Of a DNA stretch of 64,000 bases, positions 39,015-51,400 are shown piece by piece. The notes beneath the pieces were generated by a model that was not told where the DNA came from, made no database searches, and saw nothing but the letters and a program-made list of their open reading frames with translations. The DNA is taken from the NCBI RefSeq assembly GCF_964204645.1, contig NC_134032.1:8916275-8980274 (forward strand), in the 5' to 3' direction. The stretch is from Tubulanus polymorphus. Taxonomy: Eukaryota > Animalia > Nemertea. How positions within the stretch are numbered: the first letter of the stretch is position 1; each line of letters starts with the position of its first letter. Position numbers and translations under genes: made by a program.

Positions 39015-41914
39015 ATGAAAAGCTCAGTAACTGATATACCTTGTACAAACAACAGTTGTTTGTACTTTAATGTTGACGAGGATTCTCCTCTTGAACGGGG
39101 AAGTCTATCCATCATTTCTCATAACATCAGAAGTGTCAACAAAAATTTTGACAGTTTAACTGATTTTTTGAATTGTTGTAATGGTCAATTTTCGGTCATT
39201 GGTTTGACCGAGACTTGGACTAATTCAAATAATTCTAACTCCAATTTGTATAGAATTAACGGTTACACGAGTATTTTTAAATCCCGCGCCAATGGTCAAC
39301 TTGGTGGCGGCGTAGCTCTCTTCCTAAAGGAAAATTTCAATTTCAAAGTACGGACAGACTTATCAACTAGGAATCATACTTTATTCATCGAAATTGTTTT
39401 AGATAAGAAATCCAATATTATTATTGGAGTAATATATAGACCTCCAGGAGGAAAATTACCAACTTCGAAGATGAATTTGAAGTTTTAACGGCAGAAATTA
39501 CTCGCGAGAACAAACTTTGCTACCTGGTGGGGGACTTTAATATGATACGCACAAAGATACTGAAATATTTCTCGAATCTTTATTTTCTCATTCTTTTTCA
39601 CCTTTGATTGACAAGCCAACTCGAGTAACTTGTGACTCGACATCCTTAATTGACAATATTTTTTGTAACGATTTGCGACATGTTCACAAATCTGGGATTT
39701 TTATGACCGACCTTTCGGATCATTACCCAATATTTACTATCTGCACTGGTGATCAGCCTCTGTCTGACAGACAACCTTTTAAAACTAGAATTTTCTCGCA
39801 GCGCAATATTTCTAATTTCAACAGATTACTAATGAATATTAACTGGAGTGAAGTGTATTCATCTGATAATCCCTCAGTTGCTTACACTACTTTCATTGAA
39901 AAAGTTTCTTTAGTTTTCAATCAAGTTTTCCCTCTGGTACCAGTTAATCATATTAATCCCTCATTCCATAAACCATGGATAACTCCTGGTATTATCGCAG
40001 CAATTAAAACAAAAAACAACCTTTATAGGAAATTTATTAGAACACGTTCAGAAAAAATAAAATCAAAATACAACTCGTACAAAAATCTCATTTCAAAGCT
40101 TATTAACAAAGCCGAATCTAATTATTATTCTGAAAAATTGCTCGCTGCTGGAAATGATATGAAAGAAAAGTGGAAACTGTTGAACACAGTTTTAGGTAGA
40201 AACATTTATTCTAAAATGCCTAATTCTTTTACTTCTGATCAACGTGTTATTTCTGGTAATATAAACATCGCCAACGAGTTTAACAATTTTTTTGCAAATA
40301 TTGGTGAAAGGCTTGCTACTCAAATCCCTGATACAGGGCAATCCTTTCATCAATATATGAATAAACGTGTCAATGAAAGTCTATTTCTCTTTCCGACTTC
40401 ACCTCATGAAATAAGTGATGTGGTCTCGGGTTTCCCCTTAAAGAAGAGTGCCGGTGTCGATGGTTTGAGTATTTTTGTTATAAAACAGGTGATTGACATC
40501 ATTAAGTTCCCTTTATCCCATATCTTTAACCGTAGTCTTCAGACTGGAAAAGTTCCCAATGAACTCAAAATTGCGAAAGTTTGTCCTTTGTTTAAATCCG
40601 GAGCCCCTAATTCTTTAAATATTTATCGACCCATATCTTTGCTTCCTAGCTTCTCAAAAATTCTGGAAAAACTAGTTTACAACAGATTGGTTTCCTTTTG
40701 TAACAAACAGGATATTGTAATCCCCGACCAGTTTGGCTTTCGTTCAAAACATTCAACAGATTTGGCATTAACCAAGGTTGTTGATAATCTTTCTGAAGCC
40801 TTGGAAAATAAGAATATTACTATTGGATTATTCTTGGACCTGTCTAAGGCATTCGACACCGTTAACCATGACATTTTGTTAATGAAGCTTGATTATTACG
40901 GAATCCGAGGTGTTCCTCATGATTGGTTTAAAAGCTACCTGACTGACAGGAGTCAAGTTTTAAGTTTAAACAATACCTTATCGTCTCCATTCAATATATC
41001 AATTGGTGTACCCCAGGGTTCTATTCTAGGCCATATGCTCTTTTTATTATACGTTAACGATTGCGTTAATGCGTCCAAATTACTCCATTTTATCCTCTTT
41101 GCCGATGACACGAATTGTTTATATAGTAACTCTAATATCAAAGAATTGGTTTCCATAGTAAATTCTGAACTGGCGAAACTTGGCATCTGGTATCAAGTAA
41201 ACAAACTTTCAATAAATATTGCGAAATGCCACTTTATGATTTTTGGTCGTGTAGATCACTTTAATTCTTCCATTTGGTTAAATGGAGAATTAATCAAACG
41301 TGTACATAGTACGAATTTTCTTGGTCTTTTTATAGATGACAAATTAAATTGGGATGTCCATATCAAATATGTCTGCAGTAAAGTGTCACGCTCCATTGGA
41401 ATTTTAACCAGATTAAAAAAGCATTTCCCATCAAATATCCTTATTACCCTTTATTATAGTTTTGTTTATCCTCATTTACAATATTGTAATTTAATCTGGG
41501 GAAGTAATTATGCAAACAAGCTTAATCCACTAATTTTACTACAAAAAAAGAGCAGTAAGAATAGTTAATAAGTCTCATTTCCTAGAACACACTGACCCTA
41601 TCTTCAAGAAATTGAATATCCTAAAATTTAGACATATTACAAAATTTCAATTAAGTCTATTTATGTTCAAATTCAATAATTCAAAATTGCCAAATTCCTT
41701 TAATCGGTATTTCAAAAAGAATGTTGATATACACTCGTATTCAACCAGAAATATGAATTCTTTTCGTGTTGCCAGATTTCGGACTAACAAAACACAATTC
41801 ACAGTAAAAATTTCTGGTCCTGTTGTCTGGAATAATTTGCCAAAAAGTTTAAAACAACTGTCGTGTATAGATACTTTCAAAAGAAAACTTAAATTGTATC
41901 TAATGAATTTGTAA
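39015..41914 (+). pseudogene. LINE ORF2 (APE endonuclease + reverse transcriptase), broken into three ORFs
   Basis: APE motifs HNIRS, GLTETW, GGGVALF, IYRPP, GDFN, IDNIF and SDHYPI. RT motifs YRPISLL, QFGFR, LDLSKAFDTV, GVPQGSILG and LFADDT. Frameshifts near 39470-39545 and in the A-run near 41545. Confidence 0.92.
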
Positions 41915-44866
41915 TTAATCTGTCTGTATCTGTCATCTATTACCAGATTGTAAGAGTGAATGAAAGATAGTGTGATTGACCGCCTGAGTGACTACGTGTG
42001 TGGGTGCATGTTTGGTGAAGGTGTATGACTGCATGTGTGTATGAGTTGAGTGAATCGGTGTATGCTAGGGGATTAGAGATTTTATAAGCCTTCATTGGCT
42101 TCATCTAATCTCCTCCACATAATATTAAAACATTTCATATTTGTATATCTCTTTATGACATGTTGTAATTTTATTGTGGAAATGAATTTATTATATTATC
42201 AGTTCACATAATATTCATATATATGTGAAGGAGGTATCAACGGCATCAAACGGACCAAAACCTTTGATGAGCTCGCATATTTAGCGCGCTCTATTGTGTC
42301 CGCGGCAGAGGTCCCGCTTGCAAATGGAAAAGCGTTACAAATATCTAGAAAATATCCTAGTCTGATTCGCCATAAATCGTGGAACCATACTTTATTTATT
42401 CAGACCATTGCAAAATTTCTCTTATAGAAGTCCTGAAGAAGTATTACCCCAAACACTCGACAACATATAGCCTGTTCGCGTTGTTAACCTATACGTATGA
42501 AATATACTTGGGATGAAAACACTAAAGCATCCCTCCTACGTGAATTTGAAAATAATGAGAATTTGAGTTTATCGAATACCTATCTGAGGTTATTGATGAT
42601 GTGTCAGTTTTGTTGCCCCAGATTACATCAGTATACCATAAATAATATGCGTAGCTAGTAAAAGCTTGAGAAGAGAAAAACATCAAGGAAACAATGATGG
42701 TTCGACAGAGACTAAATATGAGAAGAAAAGAACTTAAAACAGAGGAGAGAAAGCTCTCGGCTTCCAACCGTCCCAATGTACTTGAATATTACTACAAACG
42801 TAAACAGAAACGAGTTGCTATATGATTTAATAATAACAGTAATAATAACAGTATGATAATTATAATTTCATAAAGCTGTCATCTCTCTAAACAGTAAGAG
42901 CAATGCTCAAACTTTTTGAAATGTCTTTAAATCTATAAGTGTCCCGACGGAGGAATTTCAAGATAATATCGATAATGTTTGTTGAACGCGAACTCAAGGT
43001 GCTTCAAAGTCAACCAAAGGCATTCAACAAACTGGAATTATATCATGCAATATCAGAGACCTAAATGATAAAATGTTTGTTGAAAAATAATAAAGGGGTA
43101 TAGAATTAGGGGTATAAAAAGAAATGACGATAAAATGAAGTTATATGAATCATTTCACTCGTCCATTTAAACTCTTCAATGGAATGCTGAAAACCGGTGA
43201 TTTCCCTAAAATTCTCTTAACAAAGGGAATACTAGGCTACTACCGCATTGAGAGACTATAAAACCGCATAACTCCACGTTGCTCTATGAAGACATTGTCG
43301 CGTACCACAGAAAACCTTCAGCTATACACGGCGATAAATTTGTAACCGGTTCTTAAACAATATAGCGGTTCTATGGTGACAATATCTTGGGGAAATATTA
43401 AGCCTGACTACTGTGCTGAAATGCAGCTTATTTCTATGTTGACAACATTATGAAGGAGCTCAAAATAATCCGATGGACATGCACTAGCCCATCTCACAAG
43501 TCTCCCGGAATCACTTGTTCAAAATTGTGGTCGTGGAATCAAAGCTACTGGAGTCATATCCTATGAAGGAAGTGGTCTCTCCAACGGGTGCAGTTTTCCG
43601 TCATAGCTGGTGCTGAGTTTGCTTAAAAGTATAAGTGTGTTAGGTCCGTGGTTAGGTCCGTAGATGCGTCACGGGCAGTGCTATGCGCATTGAGAGACCG
43701 TTAGGCACGCGATTTAGATCTACGAGCAATTATCTCAAGTTGAGATAATTGATCGTAGGTAAGATGTACAGTCTTGATCGGTTTTGATCAAAGCACATAC
43801 TGCTCTGATGGTCCGACAGTTCTATGCGTAATTAGAGACCGCCAGTGAATCATCAAGGCGGCGAGCCCGGCTAATCAATAGTCGCAAATGGGTTTTGGTA
43901 GTTTTTAATGAGACCGGTTTTAATGAGACCAACCACTGCACGCAAAAACAAGCTGAGCTTGCTATCCTGAAGCCAAAAACGGAGGCAGCTTCCCAGCTAT
44001 CGCTGCAGTGAGTCAGAGTTTACAGTCCAAACACCAGAAACAGTAAACCATGCGACGTAGTGGTGATACAGAACAAAAGCGGTCAGACAGTTCTATGCGC
44101 ATTGAAAGACCGTCATCCATGTTCATTCTAAATTAGAGCATTCCTCAGTGTCGAAGCCAGGATAAGTATGTGTAGAAATACTAAACTAGTAAAACAGGCG
44201 TTAGGTTGATTAATGAAAAGATAGTGTCGATTGTGATTCTGCTTACTCTATTTAGTCCGCCGATTGTGTCCAGGTTTATAAGTATAGTGTTAAGACCATG
44301 GGCCGGTTTTATAGTTGAGATCTAGATCCTATTTTCCTAGATGTTGTGGGAATTTGGGTCGGATCTTACTTTTTAGGATCAGGCTTTTGTTCTCTACCAG
44401 ACAAAAGGGTTAAGCTTAATTGTCTTTCTTAGTCTTTCTTAGTCAGTTCTCATTATTGGACTTATTTAAGTACTTTTTTAAGTATTTAAGCCTGGTACCT
44501 TATGGATAGCTTGGAATTGACCCATACTTTTAAGATAAAAGTTATGATGATTGCTATATTCGTTAATCGCCATAGTATTGTAAAAACTGTTGTGAGTGGA
44601 TATCATGCGTTATATTAAATTCACCAGATGACAGTCTTAACTGAAGACGGCGGAAAAGATTATAAAGATCCAATAAAAATTAGATAATCATGGTCCTGTA
44701 GAGTTAAGTAATCATAGGTAGCTAATTTTGACAGTAGTCAAAGCCATCGAAAATATGAACTATGCGAAACCAAGAAAGATTTGAGGTAATATAAATTCTT
44801 AGTGTTTCGTTTTGAAGATGAAGCAGAACCTGACAAACTATCAACTTCATTTTATTCTAATTTCAG

Positions 44867-45431
44867 GCAGGCAATCGAGGAAGGTCCCAATACCCCTCAG
44901 ACGAATTGCCTAGCCCTCAACCACGCGATGTACCCAATGATTACGAACGTTTACACCAACAGATAGGTGACTCTAATCACCGTAATATTCACCCACGTCC
45001 GGTCAGCAATTTCCGGTTCGATGACGATTCAGGCGGCAAATTGGACCGAACCATTTTCTTACATCACGTGATGGTTGTTCCGTCCGGCCGATCTCGACAA
45101 CAACCCGTTAGATCATTGGACGCTCGCAACCATGACGTCACCGACGAAACGATCAATAACGATTACGCGTATGTCGATCAGCTGGACAGCGTGGTCGACA
45201 GTGACGTCGCAACAGATTGGGGCGACGAGAATTGGCCGGAATTGGCCGGATGGTCGTCTAGAACGATTACAACCAGAATTCCGCCAAAAACGGCCAGTAC
45301 GCGAAAACGCGAGAAACTCATCCGCTACGTGACCGAAGCAAAACCTTGTTGCGGAAGTTTGAAATGCGCTTTCGCGATAATCACAGTCATCCTACTACTG
45401 GTGGCGTTCGCGTGTACGATATACTTCAGTT
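44867..45431 (+). CDS. Exon: cytoplasmic tail + signal-anchor TM helix
   Basis: tttcag|AGNRGRSQ...RKREKLIRY...[30 protein letters not shown]|gtaagt. A basic stretch and Cys cluster precede the hydrophobic helix, indicating type II topology. Confidence 0.85.
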
Positions 45432-48400
45432 GTAAGTATTCTCCATCAGTGCTCGCGATCAAAATTAGAACCAACTCATAGGACCTTAAACCGAAATTGA
45501 TACATATATTTTCTGAATTATTAATCCTAGGAAATAATTGGTTCACCTTTTGTACCGTATATCTTCTTATCAGTGTTGTTGGTAATTGCACCCGCTTGTA
45601 ACCCTCTTTAGTGTAAAAACAACTCGAACTCTTGAGTCTACTCAGCCAGATGTATACATTCTATCTCTGAAGCCCCCACGATTCGCTTTTCCCTTTTATA
45701 TAGTTTACTGATTAGCCTGATGTGCAGGCCCTTTACCACACATACTTCGGTGCTGACGGATGGTGACGTATTCATACTGACTATTTGAACTCCATTCGAT
45801 GGTTCCCGGTTAAAAAAGATCTAGATATGTGCTATAAATCTTCAAGGGCAGTTAGAATAAATACATATCAGATTTCATATTCGCAGGAAAAATACCCTTC
45901 TAAAAATGTTCAAAAAGAAATAAGCCTTTTTTAGAGTAAGTCTTCAAACCAGAAGTGCAAACAACATTTGTGGATCTTGTGGAAGTCCCGTAAGATACCT
46001 CCGGACAACCACCCGCGGGCGTGCACCATTCTTTCTTAATTTGTTTTTATTAAACCACTTCTGATATGTTTCTAGTGTACGGATCTGCGTTATTCAGCAG
46101 TGAAGATGCAACAGCTCCCGGCCCTGTACTACCTACTAATCCAATAATAGACGGTAAGTTCTACGCAAGTCGATCCAGCTTAACGTATCAGTTTTTATCT
46201 ATAAGCTTGAAACGACAATGTATTTTAATCGTTGTCCTCATGGAAAACACAAATCGACAAATAGCAACTGTTGAACATGTTTTGTGTTATGTTATCTGTA
46301 GGCTTTTGTTCGGGTGTGCCAAAAAAGTAAAAACGCATTTGACACATATTTTCCCCAGCGATGGATTGACCGAATTCGCTGAAAAGTAGCTAAAGAATTA
46401 AGCCTTAGGCTATCTGCAACAAGTCCACAAATTGTCCGAGTATTTCTCAACTGCTGCCTTCCATTACGATCTGCCATATCGTTTTCAATTGATTCATTCG
46501 TTTGTTTTCCTTTATTTATTATCGTAGTTTATTCGAAAACATATCTCATACAATTGACAATGGTAACGGAATACTCAACTGCGTTAGCGAACAGTCAAAC
46601 TATAGAATATCAAAATCTATCAACTGCTGTAATCAACTATTTCAACGATGCTTTTTATAACACATCACTGTCAGTATTGTATAATTCAACGCGGATTAAG
46701 GAATTCAGGTAAACCAAAATCTATGAAATTCTAAATCGTCAGAATCGTTTAGATCATATTTTGTCTCATGACAAAATAAAACGTGTCAAATACTGAACAC
46801 ATCAAGCAACAATACCCGGTGTCCTACGCACCTTTTCGACTGCCAGCCATGCGTTGAATCGGGGCCGCATTAAGTCGTAGCAGGGAGGTGGGAGTGAAGC
46901 CCAGGTCGGCCTACGCCCACCTTTAGTTACCGATATGTTATTTAACACATTCGCCGCTAACTGCAAGTTATTGTTTCGTTGTTCCAGTTCCTCCATCGTT
47001 ACCATTAGGAGTGTACTCGCAGCTGATACATCATATTCCCTGTTAAATATTTGCACTCTGGCGCATTGAATTACAGAGTTTCTGATTGGCTGGTAATGTG
47101 AACAAACTCTGCATCATTCTCAATGCTCATTGGTCATTCAATTCTGATCAACGGCTGACTATATATTAGCTCTATTTCCAATTACGAGATATCTCGTTGT
47201 AGCAACTGGAAAGAAACGGCAAAGATGTAGCAAATTTTTTCTGGAACCCCCAGATGTATATGAAATCAATAAGTTGACTCAGGGTCCCTAGTTTTGACGG
47301 ATAAAAATTAACTTGTACAAATTTTTCATATTTCTGTGTGAATGACACCAGGAATGGCAGCGTTATAGCAGATGCGATCACGCGATTGAATGACATTGTC
47401 GTGTTATCTACGTTAGAGAAGTTTCTCGGACGTAACGACTCAACACTGGAAAACGTGAACATCGACAGTTCCCGGAGTATAGCCGTCAGACTCCCTATGA
47501 ACATACAAGGTACATTTTGAAATAATGCTATCGTGTGAAATTGATGACGTATTCGTGAGTTCTAAGAAAGGCCTGGAATGAACCCCTCAGCCAATTTGGA
47601 TCCATCTAAAATTTAAAAAAAATGTACTTTCTGGAAGTGTAACGGCAAATTTCCGTACCGAACATTAGGTGTTTGTTGTTGAATTTTTGTTCACCAATTG
47701 AAAATCCTGAACACTGTTGGAGTGTGGACGGACACTTCTTAAAAGTGTACTGATAAAACATCGTATGTCTGGTTATTCTAGTTCGTCGTCATTTCATAAT
47801 ATATCTCTGTAAAGACCTCTCAAAGCACATGAAGTATGGAAGATAAATAATGAGAAGGGTAACAAAAAAAGAAAGTTTAAGGAGAAGTGTGTCCAGGCTG
47901 CTGATTGATACCAGTTGCCTTTAACGCCCTCTCCTCATTTATTTGATTTATTTAATCATCACCTTCGCTTCCATAGTTCTATCGAAACTGGTTGATTTTC
48001 GAAAATAATTTTACATTTCAAAAATGTGCATGTACACATGCATCATCCTAAAATGGTGGTAGGGACAACTATTATTCTGAATGTTTTTCTTTTATTGTAT
48101 CACTTCGATATATTTAGTCTACGAACCTTCGGAGACTACAACACAAAGCACCAGTAGAGTCAGCAATGGGCAAGCGACTACCGAAAGGAATTTTTCCTTT
48201 TCCTCTAAGGCCCCGAAAACCACTAATACCCGAAAAACTACTGAATTCGTGAAAACGACTGAAGCCAAAAGAACCCCAGCAGACCATACAACCGCTGCTG
48301 CACAAACAACCACTGTAGACCACAAAACCACTGCAGCACAAACTACAACTCAATACCACGCATCCACTGAAGCACAAACAACCACTCCATACCACCCATC

Positions 48401-51400
48401 CACTGAAGCCACCACTGAACCTCAAACCACCACTCCATACCACCAATCCACTGAACCACAAACAACCACTCCATATCACCAATCCACTGAAGCTCAAACA
48501 ACCACTCCGTACCAACCATCCACTAAAGCACAAACAACCACTCCATATTACCAATCCATTGAAGCTCAAACAACCACTCCATACCACCCATCCACTGAAG
48601 CACAAACAACCACTCCATATCACCAATCCACTGAACCACAAACCACCACTCCATACCACCAATCCACTGAACCACAAACAACCACTCCATATCACCAATC
48701 TACTGAAGCACAAACCACCACTCCATACCACCAATCCACTGAACCACAAACCACCACTCCATACCTCCAATCCACTGAACCACAAAGAACCACTCCATAT
48801 CACCAATCTACTGAAGCACAAACAACCACTCCATACCACCAATCCACTGAACCACAAACAACCACTCCATATCACCAATCTACTGAAGCACAAACAACCA
48901 CTCCATACCACCAATCCACTGAACCACAAACAACCACTCCATATCACCAATCCACTGAACCACAAACAACCACTCCATATCACCAATCTACTGAACCACA
49001 AACAACCACTCCATACCACCAATCCACTGAACCACAAACAACCACTCCATATCACCAATCTACTGAAGCACAAACAACCACTCCATATTACCAATCCACT
49101 GAACCACAAACAACCACTCAATACCATCCATCCACTGAACCACAAACAACCACTCCACATCACCAATCCACTGAAGCTCAAACCACCACTCCATACCACC
49201 AATCCACTGAACCACAAAGAACCACTCCATATCACCAATCTACTGAACGACAAACAACCACTCCATACCACCAATCCACTGAACCACAAACCACCATTCC
49301 ATACCACCAATCCACTGAACCACAAACCACCACTCAATACCTCCAATCCACTGAACCACAAAGAACCACTCCATATCACCAATCTACTGAAGCACAAACA
49401 ACCATTCCATACCACCAATCCACTGAACCACAAACAACCACTCCATATCACCAATCCACTGAAGCTCAAACAACCACTCCATACCAACCATCCACTGTAG
49501 CACAAACAACCACTCCATACCATCCATCCACTGAACCACAAACACTCACTCCATATCATCCATCCACTGAACCACAAACAACCACTCCATACCACCAATC
49601 CACTGAAGCTCAAACAACCACTCCATACCAACCATCTACTGTAGCACAAACAACCACTCCATATCATCCATCCACTGAACCACAAATAAACACTCCATAC
49701 CATCCATCCACTGAACCACAAACACTCACTCCATATCATCCATCCACTGAACCACAAACAACCACTCCATACCACCAATCCACTGAAGCTCAAACAACCA
49801 CTCCATACCAACCATCTACTGTAGCACAAACAACCACTCCATATCATCCATCCACTGAACCACAAATAAACACTCCATATCACCAATCCACTGAAGCACA
49901 AACAACCACTACAACGAATTTAACAGGTATGTTTTAAGATAGAAGCTTAATAGAAATATCAAATTTGATCTGAAGATGGGAAAATCAACCGCAGCCCAGA
50001 ACTTACACAGTGGTCAAATGGTTTTATTTATCTACAGAATGCTCGCAGGGTCGTTATCGATGTTCGACGGGTAGGTGTATATCGCAATATTGGTTATGCG
50101 ATGGTTATTGGGACTGTCTCTCTGGAGAAGATGAAAGAAACTGTACCGGTAAGTGACTATCCTTGTAAAAACTTCACAAATTTCATATTTTGAGTTTCAT
50201 CGGCTTTATCCTGTTATGAGCAGGTCTTGTGATGAAGCATGGTCCACTTAGCCGAGTAAAATCAATATGTATAAATGTAGCGCGCACACTGCGCTAACTC
50301 TTCCTATGCTGCCACAACCTGATGTCATAAGACACAAATTGAATCTGTGTTTGCATGTTCATTATTGAAACGTTTAACGGCTGTTTCTTTTTCCTAAAGC
50401 GACGACCCAAGAAATCTCAACTACCGGACCCATAACCTCGAGCCCCTCATCGAGCCCTTCAGGTATGTTTTTAGATAGAAACTTAACAAAAATATCAAAT
50501 ATAATCTTAAGATAGGAAAGCCAACCGTCTGAAAATTTCAAAAATGTAGATTAATATTTGTAAGAATTACGAACTTTTGAATGAGATGAGCAATAATTCA
50601 AGTTGAATTATCGGGAAGACGATATCAATGTTTATAACTTCACCAGCGCACATTGTTGCATTAACTTTATAAATGAGTGATATCATAAAAAAGTTTATTA
50701 TCAGCCGAGTTCATCGATATTTTTACTTTGTTTCTATCTTAATCAAATCCAGAGATATAAAAACAAACTGTCGACTGATGGTAGACCATATACGAACTAC
50801 GAGGAACGTATTTCTGTAAGCAATAGATACGTTCCTCGTTGTTCGTACAATATGAGTGGGGGCCCTCAGATTTAGGATAAGTACCGACAGGTACTGATAT
50901 TCATTCATGATTTGTACTGTAGAAACATAATACATGCGTTGAATGAATGAGTCGCGAGACATGAGTCGCGACACAACTGCAGCCACGGACGAAAACAGTG
51001 TTAATTTGGTTATATTGTTCCTTAGAATGTTCCCATGGTCGTTACCGATGTTCTAGCGGTCGGTGTATATCGCAAGGTTGGTTATGCGATGGTGACGAGG
51101 ACTGCCCATCTGGAGATGATGAAAGAAACTGCACCGGTAAGGGAATATCCTCGTGACAACTTCAATAATTCCATTTTTTAGTTTCATCTGCATCGTCTCG
51201 TTAAATATGCTATAATTGTTGAATTTCTTCATTCACTTGAGCACCGAAACTTAAAGTATCCTTGCTTGCAGGGCCCGGGGTTAAATTGTCTCCAGCCGAA
51301 GCTCAGCACAACCCTATACCGGCTGACCCCAATTGGTCTATTACACCGGTCTAAGTAGCCACTATATGTCTATCCAATCAGATTTCTTGTATTGATAGAT

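Larger units (their letters stand above)
38600..42200 (+). mobile_element. CR1/L2-group (Crack-like) LINE, 5'-truncated and frameshifted
   Basis: ORF1 esterase remnant, then APE endonuclease, RT, C-terminal GPVVWNNLP...FKRKLK and a 3' UTR with a stem-loop at 42071-42110 (GATTAGA..AAGCC-ttcatt-GGCTT..TCTAATC). Confidence 0.93.

Noticed and set aside
46988-47070. Possible extra exon inside the SEA domain after a good polypyrimidine/AG
   Set aside because: It runs into a stop, has no good donor, and direct 46708-47352 splicing already yields the FRNGSVIA motif.
48114-49901. 595-aa antisense ORF (W/S/G/C/L-rich) and 313-aa alternative-frame ORF 48559-49500
   Set aside because: Shadows of the 36-bp mucin repeat. 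Only the Thr-rich frame has splice sites in phase with its neighbours.
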